A stretch of DNA of 63,773 nt, the filler included, from Octopus bimaculoides (lineage: Eukaryota): assembly GCF_001194135.2 (NCBI RefSeq). It is 4 parts of 4 records of this genome, joined end to end, with 100 filler letters (N's around TTAATTAATTAA, not from the genome) between each part and the next. Parts side by side here need not be neighbours in the genome. Positions count along the whole stretch, not along the records: positions 12,299 to 37,401 come from NC_068982.1; positions 37,502 to 58,973 come from NC_068983.1; 2 more parts are not named here. The stretch is one strand, 5' to 3'. Of the stretch, positions 25,421 through 38,852 are shown one piece after another. How positions within the stretch are numbered: the stretch's first letter is position 1; each line of letters opens with the position of its first letter. The notes under the pieces are model-generated. The model was not told where the DNA came from and made no database searches. It was given only the letters and a program-made list of their open reading frames with translations. A program made the position numbers and the translations under genes.

Positions 25421-26722
25421 AGAGGGATATATATATATATGCATGTATGTATGTATGTAAACTTACATATACACATATATATAGGGAAGGTCAAAAGTCA
25501 CCCATAATATAAGTTTAGCATACTCTGGAATTGTCAAAGACATGCTTCAGTTTTCCTAAAGTGGAATAAAATAAATAAAATAACAATGAATACACACGTA
25601 CTTGTACATGATGAACAAAATGAATAATAATAATAATAATGTAATATAAATAAAATATCAAATGCATTAGTGCATGACTTTTGACTTGCCTTGTATATAC
25701 ACAAACACATATGTATGTGTGCATGTATATATGTAAGTATGTATGTATGTATGTACATTACTACATCATGAGGCAGTGAATTAGTTGAGTTATTTAGAGC
25801 ATCTCTTTGAATGTCTTGTGCTTTTTGTCTTAGAATGGTTAGTGTTAGGAAGGGTATTATCCAGCTGTAGAAACCATGCCAAATCAGATTGGAACCTGGT
25901 GCAGGTCTCTGGCTTACTAGTTTTCTGTCAAACCGTCCAACCCATGCCAGCATGGAAAGCAGGCCTTAAATGATGATGATGCTGATGGTAATGATCTAGG
26001 CACTCACTTCAAATTCTGCTGAGGCCAATTATGTCTGTTGTCCTTTCAGGGTCGATAAATAAAGTACAAATGAAGTATGAGTATTAATTCTTCTCTTTGT
26101 CTCCATTTGAGGACACAAGGTAATGAATATATAAGTGTGTGTGTGCGCATGTATGTTTGTGCATGTATTTGTGTGTGTGCATGCGTGTATATGTATGGAT
26201 ATAATAAGAAAGAGAAAGAAAGAGAGAGAGAGAAATGTAGACATAGAAACAGGGAAGGGAAAAGAGTGAGAATGACTTTTAGTTAAATACTTAGAAAATA
26301 AGTTTCATAGAAATGTGTGTTTGGCATCATTATGGTCATCATATTTCTTTTTTTTTTATTTGTATGATTATTAAGATAAACAAAAAAAAAAAAAATTAAA
26401 ACACTGATAAAGGTCAAAGAGTAATCAAAGATCAAATTGAATGTGGGCATCTTGGTAAGAAGCTGGAGTTACTTTTTTGGAGGTGGCTTGAGATTTACAG
26501 TCATTTAAAAAGTTTTGTGAAAGAGTGGGTGGCGGAAAGTAGAAGGTGGATTGATACATACCTCCCTACCTACATACATGCATACATTACAAATACACAC
26601 AAACACACACATGCATACTCACACACACATGCACACATATAGACAAACATATACATGTACATAGGCATACATATATGTGTGAGTATATATATATATGCAT
26701 ATATATAGTCATGTATATGCAC

Positions 26723-26758
<36 letters not shown>

Positions 26759-27361
26759 GTATCTATCTATCTATCTATCTATCTATGTATCTATCTATCT
26801 ATCTCTGTGTGTGTGAGTGTGTATGTGTGAGTGCTGTGTGCATGTGCGTGTGTATATAGATATATATATGTATGTATGTATGCATATATATGTAGTAAAC
26901 TTATTTTCTGTTGCTTTTGTTGGTTGGTTGAAGGCGGCAAAAAGTTTAGCTTTTCTATTTGTCATCTTATTTTCATTGTTATACCTGAAACATTTTGTGT
27001 ATGTGCGCATGTGTACGTGCATGTGCATGCATACGTGTGCGTGTGTGTGTGTGTGCATGTGTGTTAGTGTGTGTATATGAGTCAGTATGTCACTTTATAT
27101 GTGCTGTGTCTTTTGTGTTTTGTTCTTAGTCTATTTGTGTGTGTGAGTGCGTGTATATATGTGATGTGTGTATGTGTGAGTCACTGCCTTTGCTTAGTTC
27201 AAATATTTTTGATTTTCTTTTTATTTAATATCTTGAATGTTAGAAAATTTAATAATCTCCGCTGCTACAAATAATATTTTCTCTCTCCTGGGATATTTCT
27301 TTGGCAGCAAGTTAAAAGAACCAAATTATCTGTGTGTGCATGTGTGTGTGTGTGTGTGTGT

Positions 27362-27414
<53 letters not shown>

Positions 27415-27979
27415 NNNNNNNNNNNNNNNNNNNNNNNNNNNNNNNNNNNNNNNNNNNNNNNNNNNNNNNNNNNNNNNNNNNNNNNNNNNNNNNNNNNNNN
27501 NNNNNNNNNNNNNNNNNNNNNNNNNNNNNNNNNNNNNNNNNNNNNNNNNNNNNNNNNNNNNNNNNNNNNNNNNNNNNNNNNNNNNNNNNNNNNNNNNNNN
27601 NNNNNNNNNNNNNNNNNNNNNNNNNNNNNNNNNNNNNNNNNNNNNNNNNNNNNNNNNNNNNNNNNNNNNNNNNNNNNNNNNNNNNNNNNNNNNNNNNNNN
27701 NNNNNNNNNNNNNNNNNNNNNNNNNNNNNNNNNNNNNNNNNNNNNNNNNNNNNNNNNNNNNNNNNNNNNNNNNNNNNNNNNNNNNNNNNNNNNNNNNNNN
27801 NNNNNNNNNNNNNNNNNNNNNNNNNNNNNNNNNNNNNNNNNNNNNNNNNNNNNNNNNNNNNNNNNNNNNNNNNNNNNNNNNNNNNNNNNNNNNNNNNNNN
27901 NNNNNNNNNNNNNNNNNNNNNNNNNNNNNNNNNNNNNNNNNNNNNNNNNNNNNNNNNNNNNNNNNNNNNNNNNNNNNNN

Positions 27980-28024
<45 letters not shown>

Positions 28025-28329
28025 TAATTTATATGAATAGAAAGAGAGAAGGGGTTAAGGGTAAAGAGTGAGTGAAAGTGAATGAAAGCGACATGTGCAT
28101 ACATATGCAACCATACATATATGTATGTAGGCCAAAACTTCGTAGTCACTGTCAACAGTTTTCTCTTAAAAGTTTAATAAATATGTACTCTAGAAAAAGG
28201 TATTGCATAATTCTTCAGTTTATTGTTAAATTGTTTTTAGTATAACTCAACATTAAATCAAACAATAATATATATTTATTCTTGGTCGAGAGCAGACTAC
28301 CATACTTGGAGTGGTTAGCAAAATAATAA

Positions 28330-28722
28330 TAATAATCTTTTCTACTGTAGGCACGAGGCCTGGAATTAGTGGGAAGGGGATTTTCGGTCACATTGATTCT
28401 GATTCTTGACTGGTGCTTAATTTATTGACCCTGAAAGGATGAAAGGCAAGTGGAATTTGAACTCAGAACGCAAAGACAGACGAAATGTTACTAAAAATTT
28501 TGCCTGGTGTGCAATCAATTAATGATAATCATTCTTTCACTATAGGCACAAAGCCTTAAATTTGGGGAGAGGGTGAGTTAATTTGATCAACCCCAGTATT
28601 CAGCTGGTACTTATTTTATTAATCTCAAGCAGATGAAAGACAAAGTCGACCTTGGTGGTATTTCAAAACTTAGAACGTGAAGATGGACAAAATGCCTCTG
28701 AGCATTTTGTCTGATGTGCTAA
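28330..28722 (-). mobile_element. Two tandem degenerate family-A SINEs
   Basis: Two aggcac(g/a)a(g/a)gcc...gaatttgaactcagaacg / caaaacttagaacgtg units at ~28330-28515 and 28530-28722. Confidence 0.75.
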
Positions 28723-28729
28723 TATAATA

Positions 28730-29006
28730 GCAGCATGGAAGGTGTTTATAAGCCATTTAAGAAACACACAAAAACTGTTAGATTCACTTCAACAACTAAA
28801 TTTAATTTGTGTCAAAATATTTTCATCGCTTTGAGACTGTAACCTGTTCACTGACAAAATTCTGTGCTACACAGAATTTTGTCAGTGAACAGATCACGAT
28901 CTCAAAGCGACAAAAATATTTTGACACAAATTAAATTTAAATGTTGAAGTGAATCTAACGGTTTTTGTGTGTTTCTTAAATGGCTTATAAACACCTTCCA
29001 CGTTGC
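28730..29006. mobile_element. Near-perfect 277-bp palindrome (hairpin MITE), ~137-bp arms, 3-nt loop
   Basis: gcagcatggaaggtgtttataagccatttaagaaacacacaaaaac...caaaattctgtg-cta-cacagaattttg...gtttttgtgtgtttcttaaatggcttataaacaccttccacgttgc. Confidence 0.88.
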
Positions 29007-30128
29007 AATTGTTTTCGTTCCAGCACATGATCTCAGATCAGGTCACTTGCTATGCAAGTACATCCCCGCTTATATAATAGCTATTCATTTAAAAGCATGT
29101 AATTCTGATATGGAGAAAATTTATTAGTGATAATGAAAATCCATCTCAAAAGAAGCTAAAGAAAGAATTCACGAAATTTCAGTACACCAACATTTAAATA
29201 GATATATTTGATGCCAGATGTGAGAGAACCATGCTTCTGGTAATTATGGCGACAAATATCAGGATATGTTTTGATGTTATTAAACCATCTCTCCAGAATG
29301 TTTTGAATTAAATTTTAGTCTATTGAGTTTTTGGAAGCACTGACTCTTGTCCTTGCTCCTTTTGTGAATAAGTAGGATGAATGTTTTCTAATGTCATTGC
29401 TTCTTTGATATCAAATGATTAATTTAACCATAAAGTTTAGTATAGTTAACCTATGGTTAACACTATATTTCTATATGGAAAACATCCTTGGGAGTTTTTC
29501 CAGTGTCACTATTTTAATTTACCAAATCTGTAAGAAATTTTTTCATGCAATAATATAATAACAGTTGCTCTAAGATCTGGCCTTCTGTAAGTAGATGTTT
29601 TGCTGAGAAGGTCTAATAAGTCTGACACAAAAGTAAATTTGCATCATAGTCACCAAAGATCAGAATCACTTGCAGGCCCTGAAAATATCTTATTTAATTT
29701 TTATTTACTGAAATTCTAAGGGTTCTATCCCTTGTCCCATTTGATTTTAATTCTCTGTGTTATTGTTATGGGCCAACCCATATGAATGCTGTCTCAAAAA
29801 TACGTATACCCTGTCCTTTCATGTTATTCCATATGTTTCATCCATCAGAAGTTTCATTTTAGGCCTGATGTAGTCTTTTAATCACATTATAGTCTTTATT
29901 TTACATGTTAGATATCAGCTAATGTATTCTTCTGATCAAATAGCCATTTCAGCCTTCTTAGGCCTTGCCAATTAGGCATACTCACAAGTCATATACCTAG
30001 ACAAAACCAGTCTCTCCTGTAAATAGGAAACAGCCAATATTACATTCACTGATATTGTGAAAGACCTGCTGAGCTGAATAAAAACTGAGCCTATGCAATT
30101 GAAACAGCATTAAAATAGCCATCGATGT

Positions 30129-30171
<43 letters not shown>

Positions 30172-31145
30172 TGTTGTAAGGCATGATACTGTGATTCTTA
30201 TCAACATAATGTAATAAAATGTTTCCGCGGAAACCCAATGTGGATCTACCCCCAATTGTCCCATGAATTGCATCCTCTGCAGTGGATGTACCATGAACAA
30301 CCACTGGTGAGCATGTGTGTGTGTATATGTGTGTGTGTGTGTTTGTGTGTAAGAATATGAATGAAGTGTAGTTCTTGTTCAAATTATGCTACTTACATTT
30401 TGATAGCATGACTTTTTACTTGTTCACAATGTATTACATAATATGAATTACAGTATTTTGAACATTTGACACTTAAAAATGGCATGCAATTTAACTGATA
30501 TTTGAGCTACCAACTATTCAAAATTCCCGGAAGAATGGTTTGTTTAGGTAATCCATATAATGTAATCTCATAATGTGTAATACATTATGAACAAATAAAA
30601 AGCCATGTTATTGAAACATAAGTAGCATATTTTAAACAAAAATTACACTCTATTTGTATTCTTTTATTATATTTACACCATGTGACATGTACAGCAGTTA
30701 TTTCTAAATACATCAAATTTACAGAATTCTTGATATCATTTAATTAGATAATATTGCATTGCTTCATCTATTCAGTAGTTGATAGATTGAAAATATCACT
30801 GGTATTCCTCCAGAGTTAAATGACATGATCACTGCAATCCTCATTACGTGGGATTTATATATATATGCATATAAATATATATAGTTACCTTTAAGTACAT
30901 TCACAAGCACAACATAAGATACAAAAAAGGTGATGTGTGAGTGTACTAAATTATTTCTTTCTTTAAAAAATGCGCGCTGTACCTCATAACAAATTATATT
31001 AGAACTAAAACGGTTGTAGGTTGTTTCCTATTAATAACTACATACCCTCTATATGTCATCTGACTGTTTCCTACCGCAGCACTTATTAATTTGCATGACA
31101 GCAAACAAACACAAATTAATAACAGAAAGTGGTTGACAAGAAAAT

Positions 31146-31531
31146 GTGTTGGCACTCCGTCGCTTACGACGACGTCGAAGATTCCAGTTGATCCGATCAA
31201 AGAAACGGCCAGCTCGTGAAATTAACGTGCAAGTGGCTGAGCACTCCACAGACATGTGTACCCTTAACGTACTTCTCGGGGATATTCAGCGTGACACAGT
31301 GTGACAAGGCTGACCCTTTGAATTACAGGCACAACAGAAACAGGAAGTAAGAGTGAGAGAAAGTTGTGGTGAAAGAGTACAGCAGAGTTCGCCATCACCC
31401 CCTGCCGGAGCCTCGTGGAGCTTTAGGTGTTTTTGCTCAATAAACACTCACAGTGCCCGGTCTGAGAATTGAAACTGCGATCCTATGACCGCGAGTCCGC
31501 TGCTCTAACCACTGGGCTATTGCGCCTCCAC
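31146..31531 (-). mobile_element. Full-length family-C SINE with 12-bp TSD
   Basis: TSD tgacaagaaaat at 31134-31145 and 31532-31543. Confidence 0.92.
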
Positions 31532-32649
31532 TGACAAGAAAATAAGGAGGCCCCATTCTGCACATCCATCTATCCATGCATCCATCAATCCAATGATCTA
31601 ACCATCCAACCAACCAACCAACCAAGCCATGCTAGCATGTAAAAAACCCCAGAAAAAAAAGAGTTAATAATGATGATGGCCATGACTATGATGATGATGA
31701 TGAGAACACTCAGGCCTATACCTAAACTAATGTATGTAAAGAGTAAATCATATACTTTAAATATCAAAATAATCCACCGCAAACTGCTGTTTGTAACAAA
31801 GATATTTATTTATATATTTGCTTGTGTATATATATATTTAGTTAGGTATTTATCTCTGTATTAATGCATTTGTTTATTTTTGATTCCACAAGTAAAGGAT
31901 GCTGGAGGTTTTTTTTTTTTTTGTCTTGAAAACTGCGACCTTTAGATCACCACCAAAAGCTAATTGGTTCCTGGAGTTTTCAGTTCGAAAAATCTTTAAA
32001 ATCTTCAGATCTTTATTTACTTGGATATTGCTTTTACTACTTTGATACACACACACACACATATACATACATAAATATATATACACATACATGCATACAC
32101 ACTCTCACACACATATATACGCACTCTCACACACACATATACACATATATATACACTGACACACACACACATATATTCCCACACTGACACACACGCATAT
32201 ATACACACTGATACACACACATATATACACACACTCACACACACACACATACACTCACTCACACATGCACACAGAGAAACACACACACACACATATGTAT
32301 GTATTAATGTATTAATATCTCTTCCTGTCCACCTAGTAATTTCTCTGTATATATCTCCCTTGCTATCTTTCTCATACTTACACACACACACTCTCTCTCT
32401 CTATCTTCTCCCTGTCTCGTGCCATTTACTCTCCCCTCACACTCATATTACAACACATGCACAGATCCTTTTTGTTTTTTGTTTTTTTACTTCACACCTG
32501 TTTCAAACTATTCCTTTACTTTTCCTTCTCTCACACATACATACTTAAACACACACATGCATAAATACACAAACACACTTTCTCTGTCTCATTCTTTTTC
32601 TCTCTTTTCCTCACTCTCATCATATATCTATTTTTCTTACTCCCTTTCA

Positions 32650-33620
<971 letters not shown>

Positions 33621-33671
33621 TTAACTGGTCTTCTCTACTTTTATTATTATTATTATTATTATCATTATTAT

Positions 33672-34022
33672 TCAGTACTTTTACTTTTATAACGTGCTTT
33701 CACTTCACTACTGAGTGCAGCTCTGTGTGCCTTGGGTATGTGCTGTAGTTTGCTGTGATGCTCTTATGGTTACTGTATTGAAAGTGTTTTGCGTAGGATT
33801 TGTGCAGTGCCCAGTAGTTCAATTTTTTGTATGTTATATATATTTGTAAGTCCTGGTATTTTTGTTATGCATTTGTCTGAATATTTTTTTTATTATACCT
33901 AAGGTGCCTACAATGATAGGAATTGTTTCTGTTTTTAGATTCCACATTCGAGTTACCTCTATTTCCAGGTCTTTGTATTTTGAAAGTTTCTCCATTTCTT
34001 TAAGGGAAACGTTGTCATCTGC
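33672..34022 (-). mobile_element. 5'-truncated R4/Dong-like LINE (RLE C-terminus + 3'UTR) in an (AAT)-like tract
   Basis: DDNVSLKEMEKLSKYKDLEIEVTRMWNLKTETIPIIVGTLGIIKK...NIQKIELLGTAQILRKTLSIQ*. Confidence 0.85.
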
Positions 34023-34651
34023 TATTATTATTATTATCATCATCATCATTATTAGTATTATTATTAACAACAATCTGTTTGAAATAAACCATTACTTAAA
34101 TAACATTACTTACAGAATCACACACATTTTTCTCTGACAAGAGAAAACCCTTGATATATTCACTAGCACTGCATCATCTTTGCAAACCATATTTCTGTGA
34201 TGGATAGCTTTCAATTGCAACCAGTTTAATCAGGTGGCAATTCTAGTTCAATTGAAATACAATCAGAACTACTACCAACTTCACATCATATAAAATAGTA
34301 CAAGAACAATGTTATAAATATAGACTGAATTTGGCAAAGAGAATATAAATGAAACAAAAGCATTTGTCATCTGAACCAGTTGTCAGCATTATAAAAACAA
34401 ATCAGAGTTAGTGTTAAAATACGGCCAAGCAATTTGTCAAAAATGCTTTATTGGCTTATAGTAAATATGACAACGGTTGTAAAGTTATAGCTTCCCTTTG
34501 CACCTAACTTCAATAGCTAGATTTGGAAATATCATAGGTTTCAGTAATAGATAGATAAATAAGCTTCCGTGTGTTATATGAAAATATGTCTATGCTTGTT
34601 TTGTGATAAACAGTTCATAAACTGAAAGCATTTTCTTTTAACAGTTTTTAC

Positions 34652-34696
<45 letters not shown>

Positions 34697-35184
34697 CATC
34701 TATCTATCTAGTTATATCTATCTATCTATTTATATCTATCTATCTATCTATCTATTGTTCAATCAATCTATGTTTTTCTTTTTATATTAAGTTGTAGATA
34801 AAAACAATTTAACAGTAAACTGAAATATTACTCAACACTTTTGTAGCAGTGTGCATATTTATTAATTTTACAAAGAAAAGGTTGCCAGTAACTTCGAAAT
34901 TTCGACTAGCTTGCCGTCATGATATATGTGTGTGTTTGTATAAGTATGTGTGCTTGTGTGTGTATTGTGTGTGTATATATATGAATGTATGTGTCTCTCC
35001 CTCTCTCTCTATATATATATATATATATTGCATATATGGGTAAAGGATATAATGATCTGCAAAACAATGACAAAATGAATTTTTTATGAAATTCATAGTG
35101 ATATTTTTCTTGTATCAAGTTGCACAGACACTTCCTAGTAATCAACCCATTGAAGACCGGTAAGTTGCGATCTTGCTCTTTCTC

Positions 35185-35375
35185 TCTTTTACTTGTTTCA
35201 GTCATTTGACTGCGGCCGTGCTAGAGCACCGCCTTTAGTTGAGCAAATTGACCCCAAGACTTATTNNNNNNNNNNAGGCTATAACAGAAGACACTCGCCC
35301 AAGGTGCCACACAGTGGGACTGAACCCGGAACCATGTGGTTGGTAGGCAAGCTACTTACCACACAGCCACTCCTT
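35185..35375 (-). mobile_element. Family-B SINE (middle replaced by a 10-N gap)
   Basis: gtttcagtcatttgactgcggccgtgctagagcaccgcc ... aaggtgccacacagtgggactgaacccggaacc. Confidence 0.85.
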
Positions 35376-36391
35376 GCTGTTCAACAATTGTGAAAAAAAA
35401 TTATATTTTTAGTAAATATCTGGTGTCCACTAGTTGACTGTTAATTCAAGGGAGATAATAATTTTGTCCAATATTTGGTAGCATTAGAAATTTGAATTTG
35501 AAGTCAAGAACCTATAAGGGACGACCGTGCGAACTCATAAAAGGAGAAATGGTGACGAATGGAAAAACAGAGGACTCCTTTTATTTAGACGTGTCACATG
35601 GTCGAACACAAAAATATATCGAAGATGATATACATGATATGTTATGCGACGATAACATAGATGACCAGTAATGAAAGACCACAACCGTATTAGATGAATA
35701 ACAGAAATATTTATTGTAGCGTTAAAGATGTATGTCTGTGTGAGAGTGTGAATGCGACATATAAGGACATAATCAAAGACAGGCCGTCATACAAAGAAAA
35801 GTGTGTATGTGAGTGAGACATGTATGTGTATGNNNNNNNNNNNNNNNNNNNNNNNNNNNNNNNNNNNNNNNNNNNNNNNNNNNNNNNNNNNNNNNNNNNN
35901 NNNNNNNNNNNNNNNNNNNNNNNNNNNNNNNNNNNNNNNNNNNNNNNNNNNNNNNNNNNNNNNNNNNNNNNNNNNNNNNNNNNNNNNNNNNNNNNNNNNN
36001 NNNNNNNNNNNNNNNNNNNNNNNNNNNNNNNNNNNNNNNNNNNNNNNNNNNNNNNNNNNNNNNNNNNNNNNNNNNNNNNNNNNNNNNNNNNNNNNNNNNN
36101 NNNNNNNNNNNNNNNNNNNNNNNNNNNNNNNNNNNNNNNNNNNNNNNNNNNNNNNNNNNNNNNNNNNNNNNNNNNNNNNNNNNNNNNNNNNNNNNNNNNN
36201 NNNNNNNNNNNNNNNNNNNNNNNNNNNNNNNNNNNNNNNNNNNNNNNNNNNNNNNNNNNNNNNNNNNNNNNNNNNNNNNNNNNNNNNNNNNNNNNNNNNN
36301 NNNNNNNNNNNNNNNNNNNNNNNNNNNNNNNNNNNNNNNNNNNNNNNNNNNNNNNNNNNNNNNNNNNNNNNNNNNNNNNNNNNNNNNNNNN

Positions 36392-36745
36392 GGTCGCTGG
36401 CTGATTGTTGCTGCTGCTGTCGTGTGGTACACGGAACAGTCTCTATAGAGAAACTGGACCGAGACAAATTTGGTGGGTATGAGTTGATCTATTTATAACG
36501 TATTATCGGCTCACCAGATATCAGAAATATACTCTATCACGTGACCTTATTAAGGGCTGTGATTGGTCAGTTTGCGTTCTGGCGGGAACGGTTCGAAGAA
36601 GTTGCCACTTCGAATAATAATCAGTCACGTGATGACAAGGTTGATGTTTTCCCCTATGTTCGCGTTTGTTTATATTTAAATGAGAAGAATGGCGATAGCA
36701 GTTTAGTATCCAGTGACGATAGGTAGTTTCACTACAAACCTACAA
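36392..36745. promoter_or_regulatory. Candidate CpG-rich promoter with paired TCACGTGA E-boxes and a CCAAT box
   Basis: ATCACGTGAC at 36536-36545, GTCACGTGAT at 36624-36633, ATTGG (reverse CCAAT) at 36562-36566; non-repetitive and CpG-retaining, between CpG-decayed flanks. Confidence 0.5.
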
Positions 36746-37119
36746 ATAAGGTCTGGTCAAAGAGTATCAGGACTGTTGCTATGGTAACAGAGTTAAAGAA
36801 CACAGATTGAAGCCACTTGGCACAGATTGATCTTGAACTCTGTCATGCTAGGTTATAATGTTCTCATTCACTTGTGTTGTTTATAGCAGTGCTTGGAGGT
36901 AAAGTGTGCAGAGCATGGTCATCTCAAAAAGGAGATCAGGTCTCAGCTGTGAAGGATCTCCTTGATTGTGATGAAAACTTTTGAAAATGGTCATAACAGG
37001 TGACGAATCATGGATCTATGGCCAATGACCCTGAAACCAAGGTGAAAATGAAATTTATCTTTAAAGGAGCAAGATTTCAAGAGGTCGAGGAAATCTAAGA
37101 GAATACAAAGAAGTTCCTT
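36746..37119 (+). mobile_element. Internally deleted mariner (DD34D-type) remnant
   Basis: KMVITGDESWIYG..DPETK (first catalytic D motif) and KGARFQEVEEI; 5' end aaggtctggtcaaagagtatcaggactg resembles mariner TIRs. Confidence 0.7.
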
Positions 37120-37401
37120 GTGGAGGCGCAATGGCCCAGTGGTTAGGGCAGCAGACTCGTAGTCATAGGATTGCGGTTTCAATTCCCAGACCAGGCGTTG
37201 TGAGTGTTTATTGAGCGAAAACACCTAAAGCTCCATGAGGCTCCAGCAGGGGATGGTGACGAACCCTGCTGTACTCTTTCACCACAACTTTCTCTCACTC
37301 TTACTTCCTGTTTCTGTTGTGCCTGTAATTCAAAGGGTCAGCCTTGTCACACTGTGTCACGCTGAATATCCCCGAGAACTACGTTAAGGGTACACGTGTC
37401 T
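37120..37401 (+). mobile_element. Family-C SINE truncated by the scaffold join
   Basis: gtggaggcgcaatggcccagtggttagggcagcagactcg...gagaactacgttaagggtacacgtgtct, then the spacer. Confidence 0.9.
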
Positions 37402-37501
37402 NNNNNNNNNNNNNNNNNNNNNNNNNNNNNNNNNNNNNNNNNNNNTTAATTAATTAANNNNNNNNNNNNNNNNNNNNNNNNNNNNNNNNNNNNNNNNNNN
37501 N
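37402..37501. other. Artificial scaffold-join spacer N44-TTAATTAATTAA-N44
   Basis: Identical 100-bp structure. Confidence 0.95.
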
Positions 37502-37588
<87 letters not shown>

Positions 37589-37675
37589 TGCGCACTACGA
37601 CATAAGTCTTGAACAGAACAGAAATTCACTTATTCATTATGTTAACCAGAACCTTCTATCACTTAAGTGTTTATA

Positions 37676-38852
37676 CAGGACGCGTAATGTATTTGAGAAC
37701 ATACATCTTGTGGGTCTCAGCTTATTCAGACCTTGAGTTTACTCTAGAAATGAAGGGGCATGCTGTTATTGTGGTTATAAAAGCTGAGCATAGCAATTTA
37801 GAAATATCTCGATTTTTAAAAGTTGCCAGATATTTCGTCTACAAAGTTTGTAAGGAGCTAGAGTCTGAAGATGGGGACGTATCACTAGTATCAAAGCATA
37901 AAAAGCATTCTAAACGTACTGAAATCATCAGAACACCTGAATTTATCCTGCAAGTTCAACAGACCATTGATTACAATCCCAGAAAGTCCATGAGGTCAAT
38001 TGAAAAAGATCTCCCTGTGTCAGAAGGAACAGTCACAAATGTTGTCCACGAAAACATTAGATATAAGTCTTATATTATGAGGAAAGGTCAATTTCTCAGA
38101 AAAAGCAAAAGAAAATCACTACATCAGATCTAAATGGGTTCTTAAACAAGCTGAAAAATCCAGCAGAAGATTTGATTTGGTTCTTCTTAAATGAAAAAAA
38201 TTCGACCAAGATCAAAAAGTTAACTGAAGAAATGACAGATGGTTATGTGCAGACACTTCTGAAGTTGAAGATGTCATGCAAACAAAATTTCCTGTAACTG
38301 TCATGGATTTAGGGGTTGTCAGCAATGAAGGACATGTGATACCTCCTTAATTTTCTACATTGAGGTCCTGGAAATAATTGTTAAGCCCTGCATAGACAGT
38401 GCATGCAATGGATGGCTATAAGTGTTTCAGTAAGGCTCTGTACTATCACACAAGCTCTAGTAATAGGAATCAATGGCGTATAATATTCATGATAACAAAA
38501 CCCCTAACATTTGGCCTCCCAATTCCCCAGATCTCAATCCATTGGACTATCATATGTGGAGCGTTGTTGAGAGAGAGGTCAATGAACACGCCCATAACAT
38601 TAAAGATTCTTTTAAAGCTGCCAGTCAGAGTAATGCCCCAAATGATCCAGAACCACTTGATTCGAGTATGTAGATGATTTAGATCTTATATAGGCTGTTG
38701 CAGCTGAAGGTAGCTTTTTTGAATAACATTATAGAAAAGAAGGTATATGTTTATCCTCATAACATTTTTTGATAAATAAAGTTTATTATCTGTTATTATA
38801 TATCTGTTTTTTGATAAACACAAATCTGTCCACAAATATCTTACGCACGTTG
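37676..38852 (+). mobile_element. Full-length degenerate Tc1/mariner (maT/DD37D-like) transposon; transposase pseudogene from ATG 37750 to ~38700
   Basis: HTH-like N-terminus (MKGHAVIVVIKAEHSNLEISRFLKVARYFVYKV...RKSMRSIEKDLPVSEGTV), FFLNEKNF, WPPNSPDLNPLDYHMWSVVE; imperfect ~26-bp TIRs (caggacgcgtaatgtatttgagaaca vs reverse complement caacgtgcgtaagatatttgtggaca) with TA flanks at 37674-37675 and 38853-38854. Confidence 0.85.
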
